17,268 bases of DNA from Promethearchaeota archaeon (GCA_018238625.1 JABCSY010000088.1:1-17268), one strand, 5' to 3'. Positions 1 through 7,560 are shown, numbered from the stretch's first letter. Notes: generated by a model from the letters alone, not told the origin. Translations and numbers: made by a program.

Positions 1-15
1 TTTAGGGGTTTAAAA

Positions 16-1290
16 TTGAAAAAAGTTGATTCTTCATTACGATACACAAACGATTTCAAGAGCATGATTCGGATTGTTACTTTAAACAGTTTAGGCTTCT
101 TTTTTTTGGATTTTATAATCCCTTATATCGCCAGTCAAAAATTGAACGCCACTGGAGTTCAGTTAGGTTTAATATTTTCAGTTCAAGTAATGGGCATAAT
201 GATTAGTTCTCTGTTCGTAGGATTTTTGACTGATAAAGTAAAATCAAGAAGGAAATTAATTCTATTAGGTTCATTTGGAAGGGGGACGGCTTATTTTATC
301 CTATATACGGGTATTATATTGAACTCTTTAGTAGGCATCGGAATTGGCACGTTTTCAATTGGCTTTTTCGCAGGTTTTTTTTGGATACCATTCAATACGC
401 TTATAGCAGAAAAATCTAATAAGAACCATCGCTCCCATGCTTATGGGAAACGAGATTCTGCAGTTGGAATAGGAATGCTTATTGGATCAATTCTTGGATT
501 CATCATTTTTAGTGTGTCGATTGGAAACACCGATAATCCGTTTATCATTTATAGCGCTATTCCATTATTCGGAATTGCAAATTTTTCAGCTGGAATTTTA
601 TTTCTGCGTAAAGTAGACGAAACAATAAAGTTTTCGAACGGAAATAATATAATACATGAAAATGAAACTAACTCGACAGAAAATACAAATAGAAATAGAG
701 TAATGTTCTTGGGATTAATCTTTTTATCAATCGTATTGTTGTTAGCAAACATTAATGGTTCTCTTGGAAGACCTTTTTTTAACGTGTATCTATTAGAAGA
801 AGTTGTTAGCGATCCAATTATTGCTACATTTGCTTATTTGCCAAGTGGGATTGTCTCAATGATTATAGCACCTAAATTGGGGAAAATTGCTGACAAAATA
901 AAACCTTCTATTGGTATTCTCATTTTTAACACGCTTGGCGCAATTCTTACATGGGTTTTAATAAACACAGATAACGTAATAATTTTTGCAATTATTTTGG
1001 TTTTTGATATGGCGATTATAAACACGGCAAATTTAATTTTTCAAAATCTTGTCAGCCGGATCACTTCAAAACATCGAGGAAAAATATTTGGCTTCTTTCA
1101 ATTCTTTGGCAATATTGGAGCAATAATCGGTCCAATTTTAGGCGGGATAGTTGTAGATTCCCTTGGATTAAGAGCTCCGTTTTTGATATCAATTGTAGTC
1201 GAATTATGCTTAATACCCTTTTACATAATCCTCGTTCATATAATAAAACCTCATTTAAGAGAAAAATATAACGAAGAAGTGAAAATTTAA
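16..1290 (+). CDS. Major facilitator superfamily (MFS) transporter
   Basis: 424 aa with about 12 hydrophobic segments in two halves separated by a hydrophilic loop. MFS motif-A-like GFLTDKVKSRR and GKIADKIKP. TTG start preceded by AGGGGT; the frame is open to the window edge. Confidence 0.9.
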   Translation: MKKVDSSLRYTNDFKSMIRIVTLNSLGFFFLDFIIPYIASQKLNATGVQLGLIFSVQVMGIMISSLFVGFLTDKVKSRRKLILLGSFGRGTAYFILYTGIILNSLVGIGIGTFSIGFFAGFFWIPFNTLIAEKSNKNHRSHAYGKRDSAVGIGMLIGSILGFIIFSVSIGNTDNPFIIYSAIPLFGIANFSAGILFLRKVDETIKFSNGNNIIHENETNSTENTNRNRVMFLGLIFLSIVLLLANINGSLGRPFFNVYLLEEVVSDPIIATFAYLPSGIVSMIIAPKLGKIADKIKPSIGILIFNTLGAILTWVLINTDNVIIFAIILVFDMAIINTANLIFQNLVSRITSKHRGKIFGFFQFFGNIGAIIGPILGGIVVDSLGLRAPFLISIVVELCLIPFYIILVHIIKPHLREKYNEEVKI

Positions 1291-1350
1291 GTAATAAAAA
1301 TAAAATTGAGAATTTTATTAAATTTATTAAAACATTTCTCTACTTGTAAT

Positions 1351-2004
1351 TTATATATATAACCAGAAAAGAAAAATTCGCGATACTATAGGCCCGAGAA
1401 AGTAATAAAGATCAACCCAAAAGGGATAGGTAAATCCAAGGTATAACAGTGCGTAAAGGGATGCAAATACAAAACCAAAAATCACATCGCTTGGAAAATG
1501 GACTCCTAAAATCAGGCGCGAAAATGCCATCACTATGTCTAATCCTAAAAATATCAAAAAAATGATCCAACTATTAAAATAAAAAGCAAAGACAATTCCA
1601 AAAAGAAGGAAGAACGTAACGTGACCGCTTGGAAAAGATTTTGCTTCTGATTCTGACATAAGGTACGGGATCCTAATAAAATCGTCGTGTTGCTCGACAC
1701 CTTCTGTCTTAAGCTTGATATAAGGTCTATTTCTCCTCACAATTCCATAGCGAATAAGAACATGTATGATGACACCCTGATCAAACGCTCCTGTGAACAG
1801 TACTAAGAGATAATAATCTTTTGTGAAGAAGCCGTAAATGAACCAAATTAACCAGACCAGCCCCCAAAAGTATAAGCTTCCAAAAAAGCTAAAAACATTA
1901 GCAAATTGTTTTGTTCGCTTAGAAAAATCGCTCTTATATAGATTAAGGAATGCTTTTTTGTCCCATCTTTCAATTTTTTCTATATATTCTGAAAACGACG
2001 ACAT
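1351..2004 (-). CDS. PAP2-family membrane phosphatase
   Basis: PAP2 motifs: RRNRP (C1, canonical Lys not at the usual spacing), SFPSGH (C2), SRLILGVHFPSDV (C3). Multiple TM segments. Confidence 0.92.
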   Translation of the reverse strand: MSSFSEYIEKIERWDKKAFLNLYKSDFSKRTKQFANVFSFFGSLYFWGLVWLIWFIYGFFTKDYYLLVLFTGAFDQGVIIHVLIRYGIVRRNRPYIKLKTEGVEQHDDFIRIPYLMSESEAKSFPSGHVTFFLLFGIVFAFYFNSWIIFLIFLGLDIVMAFSRLILGVHFPSDVIFGFVFASLYALLYLGFTYPFWVDLYYFLGPIVSRIFLFWLYI

Positions 2005-2160
2005 AACCCTATTAAGATAGTGGATTGTGAATAATCATAAATCTACATATTAAAACTTTTTCATACACCTAATAATTTTGATACTTTTAATCATCTTGAT
2101 AAGATTTATAAAAATTGAATAATTTTTTTTGCTTTACTAAGTTTTTTCAACAAACGATTA

Positions 2161-2207
2161 TTGTTCTATAACAAATAACTATTGTCAACTCTACATAGGT
2201 TTATAAA
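2161..2207. promoter_or_regulatory. Candidate PadR operator(s) plus TATA box upstream of the first 2TM-PadR module
   Basis: Palindrome TTGTT-CTAT-AACAA (2161-2174). 2183-2198 reads CTATGTAGAGTTGACA on the minus strand (TGT-N7-ACA). TATA-like TTTATAAA follows at 2200-2207. Confidence 0.5.
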
Positions 2208-2293
2208 TGATTATTTCTTTATATTATTTATAATAAAAAAATACTAATTTAAAATAGAATTAAACAAAAATTAAAATGAAGTGAACGAAAAAT

Positions 2294-2809
2294 ATGAATG
2301 AGCATAAATATAACGGTTTTTCAGAGGAACATCTTCGTCGTATAGCCCTCCGAAAAGTAAATTTTAAAATGTCAGTAAAAATAAACATAAGCGTATACAT
2401 TACTGTTTGTATTTTCCTTAGCGCTATAAACTTGGTTTTTACGCCGACATTTTGGTGGGTGTTGTTTCCTATCTTTGGATGGCTTATTGGCGTTGCTGAG
2501 CACATCACAGCTTATATAGTATATGCGAGAGGAGTATATCCATCGGCAAAGAGAGGAGTAATTTTTCATACAGTAGCATACATATTCGTAATGTTGTTTC
2601 AATTAGTAATTAATTATTTCATTACGCCTCTTTATTATTGGTCAATTTTTCCTGCATTTCTCTGGGGTACAGGATTAGCAATTCACATAGGTACATATTA
2701 CATCTATCATCGTCCTTCGACTGATGACCAAGGTGTATTGAAGTCAAGAAGGGAACGTGCCGTTGAAAAAGAAATGGAAAAAATGCAAAATCGACAAAAA
2801 AAGGAATAA
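2294..2809 (+). CDS. Membrane protein with two tandem 2TM domains (copy 1)
   Basis: Two repeats of the 2TM-like pattern (H/N)xxxY...IN...(W/Y)W..FP...W.xG...H and a charged tail ERAVEKEMEKM typical of 2TM proteins. Confidence 0.8.
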   Translation: MNEHKYNGFSEEHLRRIALRKVNFKMSVKINISVYITVCIFLSAINLVFTPTFWWVLFPIFGWLIGVAEHITAYIVYARGVYPSAKRGVIFHTVAYIFVMLFQLVINYFITPLYYWSIFPAFLWGTGLAIHIGTYYIYHRPSTDDQGVLKSRRERAVEKEMEKMQNRQKKE

Positions 2810-2827
2810 TTGAGGAGCTAAATTAAA

Positions 2828-3478
2828 ATGTTTCTGGGGAAAATCTTAGATCTTGAAGACGATATTGAATTGTTGAGATCCAAAATCAAACAAGAAATTT
2901 TTAAAAAAATCAAAAAAAATAAACTTACTCCTCTCGAATTCACTACGATCGAAGTAATTTTCAATAGCAACGCCCTCTCAGGCTATGATATTATTCAAAC
3001 ATTGAATAAACACTTTGCTGGAACTTGGAAAGCTAAGTCTGGTACGGTCTACCCAATTCTGTCAAAACTGGAACGAAATGGCTTCTTAAAATCTAAATCG
3101 GTAAAAAGTCCAATTGGCCCAATCCGAAAGGTGTATTCTTTAACTGACGCTGGTGAAGAAATCTTGAAAGTAAAGGTAAATAAAAATTTCTTTGACCAGC
3201 TTAAGTTTTTGGAAAACTTTATCATAGAACTATCTTCCATATATGTGAAATCACATACAAAACAAGTAAGGAAAGAAATCATCGATGAAGTGCAAACAAC
3301 ACTAGACGAGTCTTTCGAAAGGATTAAAGGTAGTATTCCCTCAACTCTTAGGTTTAAGGCAAAATGTACAAATTGCGGTATTGAAATCGGTAGGAAAGTG
3401 GCTTACTGCCCTTTCTGCGGAACTCAACTAGCTCCTAAGGAAGAAAGTGAAGTAGAAAACTCAAATGTAGAAGAATAA
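2828..3478 (+). CDS. PadR-family transcriptional regulator with C-terminal zinc ribbon (copy 1)
   Basis: PadR winged-HTH signature SGYDII...SGTVYPILSKLERNGFL...RKVYSLTDAG. C-terminal CTNC...YCPFCG. GAGGAG upstream; 18 bp from the previous stop. Confidence 0.9.
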   Translation: MFLGKILDLEDDIELLRSKIKQEIFKKIKKNKLTPLEFTTIEVIFNSNALSGYDIIQTLNKHFAGTWKAKSGTVYPILSKLERNGFLKSKSVKSPIGPIRKVYSLTDAGEEILKVKVNKNFFDQLKFLENFIIELSSIYVKSHTKQVRKEIIDEVQTTLDESFERIKGSIPSTLRFKAKCTNCGIEIGRKVAYCPFCGTQLAPKEESEVENSNVEE

Positions 3479-3506
3479 AATCGCTTCTTATATCGTTTAA
3501 ATTAAC

Positions 3507-3520
3507 TTTATTTTTTTTTT
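3507..3520 (+). terminator. Oligo-T archaeal-type terminator candidate
   Basis: TTTA followed by T10 (3511-3520), about 30 bp after the PadR copy 1 stop. Confidence 0.5.
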
Positions 3521-3559
3521 CAAGAATTCTTTTAGTAGTCTAAACAAGATATATTTCCC

Positions 3560-3609
3560 ATCTATGTAGTTCCAACACAATCTATGTAGAACCAACAAAT
3601 TTTTAAATA
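3560..3609 (+). promoter_or_regulatory. Tandem candidate PadR operators plus TATA box upstream of the second 2TM-PadR module
   Basis: ATCTATGTAGTTCCAACA (3560-3577) and ATCTATGTAGAACCAACA (3580-3597): 16/18 identical, 20-bp period, each a pseudo-palindrome TGTAG-N3-CAACA. TTTAAATA at 3602-3609. Confidence 0.6.
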
Positions 3610-3685
3610 ATTAAAGTTAATAAATAATAAAATAAAAATATTATAGTTATAATATATAAAATCAATATACTTGGGAAGAATAATC

Positions 3686-4216
3686 ATGAATGAGTTTAAT
3701 GAAAATGCTTTTTCAGAAGAAAATTTACGCCGTATAGCCGCTTTGAAAATAAAGTTTCGACTTTCAGTTAAAATACATTTAATTGCTTATATATTAGGGA
3801 TAGTATTATTTATTTCAATAAATGCGCTATTTAGTCCACTTATCTTGTGGTTTATTTATCCGATTTTTGGTTGGTTGATAGGGTTGATGATGCATTTAAC
3901 CGCATATATAGTTTATGCAAAAGGTATTTACCCCATTGCTAAACGAGCTGTAATCTTTAATACGGTAGCTTATTTCTTTGTAAACTTACTTTTATTTGTT
4001 ATTAATAGCTATACTAATGCTTTACTAATAGGAATAAAGCCAAGTTATTTATGGTTTTTATATCCTGTTTTTTTTTGGGGAGTGGCTTTGATAATACACT
4101 ATATTGTATACTTAAGTTTCTACAATAAAAAACTCTATGAAAATGGAGAAAAGCAATCACGAATGGAGCGAGCAATTGAAAAGGAAATGCATAAATTGAG
4201 AAAAAAAAATGCGTAA
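3686..4216 (+). CDS. Membrane protein with two tandem 2TM domains (copy 2)
   Basis: Paralog of 2294..2809. ATG 3686 is preferred over TTG 3671 because MNEFNENAFSEENLRRIA aligns from residue 1 with MNEHKYNGFSEEHLRRIA. Tail ERAIEKEMHKL. Confidence 0.8.
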   Translation: MNEFNENAFSEENLRRIAALKIKFRLSVKIHLIAYILGIVLFISINALFSPLILWFIYPIFGWLIGLMMHLTAYIVYAKGIYPIAKRAVIFNTVAYFFVNLLLFVINSYTNALLIGIKPSYLWFLYPVFFWGVALIIHYIVYLSFYNKKLYENGEKQSRMERAIEKEMHKLRKKNA

Positions 4217-4245
4217 TTTAAAAAATCGTAAATGGTAAAATCCGA

Positions 4246-4902
4246 ATGTGGTTAGGAAAATTTCTAGATATCGAGCAGGATATGGAGGAAATCCGTTCAA
4301 AACTTAAACGGGAGATTTTTGACAATGTTAAAAAAAACAGATTAACTCCGCTCGAATTTACTATTATCGAGCACATATTCAATAACCAAATAATCTCAGG
4401 TTATGATTTAATCAGGGTTTTAAACGAACACTTTGCGGGGACATGGGAAGCTCAATCTGGTACCATTTATCCGCTTCTATCTAAGTTAAAGAGAGACGGA
4501 TTCTTAAAGGTAAGGACCGTCAAAACTCAGGTTGGTCCGCTTCGAAAAGTTTATTCTTTATCTGAAGCAGGAGAAGAAATCTTGAAAGTAAAGATAAATA
4601 AGAATTTCTTAGACCAACTTAAGTTTGTTCGAAACGTTTTAGTTGAACTTTCTTCAATTTACATTAACTCCTTTCCCGAAGAAGCAAAAAAAGAGAAAAT
4701 CAAGGAAGTACAGAAGTTAATGAAGGAAATTTTCGAATATGTAATAGAAACGATCCCTTCTTCAGTTGAGTTTAAAATAAAATGTCCTAACTGTGGTTCT
4801 GCTGTAGGTCGAGAAGGGGCTCGTTATTGTCCTTATTGTAGCGCTTCATTATTCGAGGAAGATAACAGTATAGAAAGAGATGCTAAAAAAAGTAAAAAAT
4901 AA
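4246..4902 (+). CDS. PadR-family transcriptional regulator with C-terminal zinc ribbon (copy 2)
   Basis: SGYDLI...SGTIYPLLSKLKRDGFL...RKVYSLSEAG; CPNC...YCPYCS. 64 of the first 100 residues are identical to copy 1 (hand count, ungapped). Confidence 0.9.
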   Translation: MWLGKFLDIEQDMEEIRSKLKREIFDNVKKNRLTPLEFTIIEHIFNNQIISGYDLIRVLNEHFAGTWEAQSGTIYPLLSKLKRDGFLKVRTVKTQVGPLRKVYSLSEAGEEILKVKINKNFLDQLKFVRNVLVELSSIYINSFPEEAKKEKIKEVQKLMKEIFEYVIETIPSSVEFKIKCPNCGSAVGREGARYCPYCSASLFEEDNSIERDAKKSKK

Positions 4903-4925
4903 AAGATCAATATTAAAGTTTAAAT

Positions 4926-6230
4926 TTATTCGATTTCAATATTTAATTTCCTGAATATTTTATCGAGCTCTTCGTTTGCTAGACTTTTTAAGATGTCTTT
5001 TAAAGGCGCTAAAACCTCGTCTTTCTGTGCCGTGCGATTCCGGCTAATTCGTCCTTCCTTGACTTCAAAACTACTTTGTGCCCACGATTCCTCGTCGTTA
5101 AAAGTAAACCAAATGTTTCGATAAGCACCTCCCTGCCCCCCATCTCGCGCTAAGGGTTTTTCATCGATTGGAACCTCCGGATCTTGTAAATAACACCAAT
5201 CTAGTATTAACCACTCTAGTTTTCGTTCTGATTCTGGACGATCTGCCAAATATATACAATACGCGTGTCCTCCTAACTCCGAATCTGAGGGAGCAAAAAC
5301 CGGATCAGCCATTACTTGAGCGGCACACACTTTGACTCTCCACGAAGGAACGCCCGCATTAATTAACAGACTAGCGATGAGGATGGCCCCATCCTCACAA
5401 TCTCCTATCTCTGATTGAATTGCCTCGAAGGGAAATAACCAGAATTCGGGACATTCTGACGCGATATCGTCGTACTTATATTTTAGAAAATTGCATACGA
5501 AATTTTGGATCGTTAAAGCCGTTTCGTTTGGACTTTCTTTCCTTAGATCAAGTTGAGTTAAAACGTGCCATAATATTGCGTCGTTATCCTTTATGAATGC
5601 TTTCACATCTACATCGATTTGTTTTTTGTACGATTCTCCTCTCAAAGCTCTTCCAGTGTAGATAATTGGCGCCTTTTTCCATTTGCTATCCCAATAATCT
5701 TGACCAAATTTACCATAATCTTTCTCGAATTTTTCAAAAGGCTTATAATTTGCTATAATCGGTATATCTGAGGATGGACCTTTTCCAGGTGAGGGTTTTT
5801 TCTTAGGTGATGGCTTCTTTTTCGGTTTAGCATCCTTTTTTGGCACTTCTGCTAAACTCTTTGCGCTTTTAGTCCACTCCTCTACGTTTTTAAGCGTTGG
5901 AAGCTTTGTAAGGACTTTTGGATTGTCTTTCTTTAACTGTTTTAACTTTTCAACTGTGTTTTTAGAATTTCTGTAAGCAAATTCTTTGACAGAATCGATA
6001 CCTATTAGATTTAGAGCGTTAGCTATTTCAGGAGTCACGCCACCAATTCTCATTAGATCGGCGTGTTCTTGCCACGTATCAAGTCTATTTACTGTCACGC
6101 CTATACTTCTTGCTAATTGTTTAATCTGATAGTAACTAAGAGCCAAAAGATCTTCTACTTCCTTTATACCTGCTTTTCCTAAAAGTTGAGCGTGTTTTTC
6201 TTCTAAACCAATAATTTCAATTAATTTCAT
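4926..6230 (-). CDS. DUF4332-like (HhH) domain fused to a transglutaminase-like cysteine protease domain
   Basis: The N-terminal ~125 aa have two HhH-like repeats (LIEIIGL...LGKAGIKEVEDLL...W...ADLMRIGGV...IGIDSVKEF). Lys/Pro linker PKKKPSPKKKPSP. C-terminal GDCEDGAIL, GGHAYC and ILDW give a Cys-His-Asp triad. Confidence 0.75.
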   Translation of the reverse strand: MKLIEIIGLEEKHAQLLGKAGIKEVEDLLALSYYQIKQLARSIGVTVNRLDTWQEHADLMRIGGVTPEIANALNLIGIDSVKEFAYRNSKNTVEKLKQLKKDNPKVLTKLPTLKNVEEWTKSAKSLAEVPKKDAKPKKKPSPKKKPSPGKGPSSDIPIIANYKPFEKFEKDYGKFGQDYWDSKWKKAPIIYTGRALRGESYKKQIDVDVKAFIKDNDAILWHVLTQLDLRKESPNETALTIQNFVCNFLKYKYDDIASECPEFWLFPFEAIQSEIGDCEDGAILIASLLINAGVPSWRVKVCAAQVMADPVFAPSDSELGGHAYCIYLADRPESERKLEWLILDWCYLQDPEVPIDEKPLARDGGQGGAYRNIWFTFNDEESWAQSSFEVKEGRISRNRTAQKDEVLAPLKDILKSLANEELDKIFRKLNIEIE

Positions 6231-6426
6231 ATTAATCTCATTTGATTTTTACTTAAAATAATAATTAATTAGAAATCATGCAGTTATTAATTTTATTCTA
6301 TTATCAAAAACCCTAGAATTTATCAAACTTACATATTTTTAATTTAATTTAATTTTAAATTCTTAAAAAATAAAAAGAATATGGCGGGAGGGAGATTTGA
6401 ACTCCCGAAGGCCTTTGCCACTGGAT

Positions 6427-6457
6427 ATTTTATTGTCACTCGTAAGTGAGCCACAAT
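6427..6457 (-). other. Canonical tRNA intron, position 37/38 (31 nt)
   Basis: Lies one base 3' of the TAA anticodon. Bulges AG|A and AT|A; central helix CTTA/TAAA with one C.A mismatch; internal hairpin CACT-TACG-AGTG and TTGT/ACAA stem. Confidence 0.88.
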
Positions 6458-6473
6458 CTTAAGTCCAGCACCT

Positions 6474-6508
6474 ATAATCGGTCTTGACCCTTCTAAACCA
6501 TAAGACCT
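6474..6508 (-). other. Non-canonical tRNA intron, position 21/22 (35 nt)
   Basis: BHB: central helix GGTC/GATT, bulges AA|A and AT|A, intron stem GGTCTT/AAGACC. Cleavage restores GGTCAAAGGTG. Confidence 0.85.
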
Positions 6509-6632
6509 TTGACCAGACTCGGTAATCCCGCCAAAATTTTATGCTATGATACTAGATGTTTTATAATACTAAGATGTTTTTTATTAAACCAATTAGGTTT
6601 TAAGTGTAATATTGAAAAGTTGTAGTTTTAAT

Positions 6633-6681
6633 TTAAATTTTTACTTTAGAGATTAGCCTTCTAATTGTTATTCCATATTAA
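6633..6681 (+). repeat. 49-bp direct repeat, left copy
   Basis: TTAAATTTTTACTTTAGAGATTAGCCTTCTAATTGTTATTCCATATTAA; 47/49 identical to 7512-7560. Confidence 0.95.
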
Positions 6682-6769
6682 TTGAAAGATAACCACATAA
6701 AAGATATAAAGAAAAATTATTATTTATTATATAGAACTATTAAAACACATATTCTTATTGGAGATCTAA

Positions 6770-6991
6770 ATGGTAGAAAAAACAGAAGAGAAAGTATTAA
6801 AGAAGAATAAGATTGATTTTTGTATCAATTCATCGGAATTTACAGATATCACTTTAACGAGTGAAGAATCGGAAAATTTGATCAGATTGATGGATCATGG
6901 ACCGAATGAAAAAGCTAAAAAATTTTCTGAAGAAGCTTTGGAATTCTATAATGAGATGCTGTTAAAAAACCAGGATTTTAATAAAGAATAA
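6770..6991 (+). CDS. Putative antitoxin, similar to the C-terminal part of DUF1778/TacA-like antitoxins
   Basis: 73 aa, acidic, 20 bp upstream of a GNAT toxin-like gene. ITLTSEESENLIRLMDHGPNEKAKKF resembles the DUF1778 I-x-L-S...L-D...P-N segment. GGAGA upstream. Confidence 0.6.
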   Translation: MVEKTEEKVLKKNKIDFCINSSEFTDITLTSEESENLIRLMDHGPNEKAKKFSEEALEFYNEMLLKNQDFNKE

Positions 6992-7011
6992 TAATCATTT
7001 TTTGAGTAAAA

Positions 7012-7506
7012 GTGTTAGATCCAATAAGAAAAGACCTCATTATTGTAGAACTTAAAGATGAAATCGATTTAGGTTCATTTCAATGCGAAAACAATGAATT
7101 AAATGAATTTTTGCACGAAAAAGCAAGATTCAATGAAAAAAATCTTATCTCAAAAATATATCTTTATTATCATTTAAAGTCTAAAAAAGTCGTTGGTTTT
7201 ATTACATTATCCAATTACATGCTAAGACTAGCAGAAAGCAAAAAATTTGGCATTCAAAAAGTTCCTGCTGCATTAATAGGAAGAATCGCAATTAATAATG
7301 AATACAGGGGTTATAATTTAGGAAGAGACTTGATTTTATTTGCACGGGGCAGGTGTAATTACATAAAGGATTTTATTGGTTGTCGACTTTTGGTAGTTGA
7401 AGCAAAAAAAGACGATCCAATTGTAAAATATTTAGCTTCTTTTGGTTTTGAGTTTTTACATGAAAGCAAGGGATTTATTATATTAGGTTTTGATCTCTTA
7501 ATTTAA
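7012..7506 (+). CDS. GNAT acetyltransferase, TacT/AtaT/KacT-like toxin family
   Basis: FQCENNELNEFL, VVGFITLS, VPAALIGRIAI...YRGYNLG, IGCRLLVVEA and a terminal GF match the motif order of aminoacyl-tRNA-acetylating GNAT toxins. GTG start. Confidence 0.82.
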   Translation: MLDPIRKDLIIVELKDEIDLGSFQCENNELNEFLHEKARFNEKNLISKIYLYYHLKSKKVVGFITLSNYMLRLAESKKFGIQKVPAALIGRIAINNEYRGYNLGRDLILFARGRCNYIKDFIGCRLLVVEAKKDDPIVKYLASFGFEFLHESKGFIILGFDLLI

Positions 7507-7511
7507 TTTGA

Positions 7512-7560
7512 TTAAATTTTTACTTTAGAGATTAGCCTTCTAATTATTATTCTATATTAA
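7512..7560 (+). repeat. 49-bp direct repeat, right copy
   Basis: TTAAATTTTTACTTTAGAGATTAGCCTTCTAATTATTATTCTATATTAA; differs from 6633-6681 by two transitions. Confidence 0.95.

Larger units (their letters stand above)
6382..6532 (-). tRNA. tRNA-Leu(TAA) with two BHB introns; 85-nt mature sequence, CCA not encoded
   Basis: Minus strand: acceptor GGCGGGA/TCCCGCC plus discriminator A; D arm ACCG-AGTCTGGTCAA-AGGT; anticodon arm CTGGA-CTTAAGA-TCCAG; long variable arm; T arm GGGAG-TTCAAAT-CTCCC. The cloverleaf appears after removing 6474-6508 and 6427-6457. Confidence 0.95.
6633..7560 (+). mobile_element. Putative inserted toxin-antitoxin mini-cassette bounded by direct repeats
   Basis: The 49-bp direct repeats enclose only a promoter region and the two TA-like genes. 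The right copy starts 5 bp after the toxin stop. No transposase or integrase in the window. Confidence 0.5.

Noticed and set aside
2276-2293. In-frame ATG-AAG-TGA upstream of the first 2TM gene as stop-codon read-through
   Set aside because: The TGA is part of an SD-like AGTGA, and the paralog alignment supports ATG 2294 as the start.
549-3282. Short ORFs 549..752, 834..1025, 1838..2020, 2260..2508, 2372..2602, 3049..3282
   Set aside because: Antisense shadows of well-supported genes with no recognisable motifs.
6382-6420. tRNA 3' end as attachment site of an integrated element
   Set aside because: No second copy of the tRNA 3' or 5' sequence was seen in the window and no integrase is present.
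6633-7560. 49-bp repeats as CRISPR repeats or integron attC sites
   Set aside because: Only two copies, 879 bp apart, with no cas genes. No RYYYAAC...GTTRRRY ends with extended palindrome, and no integrase.
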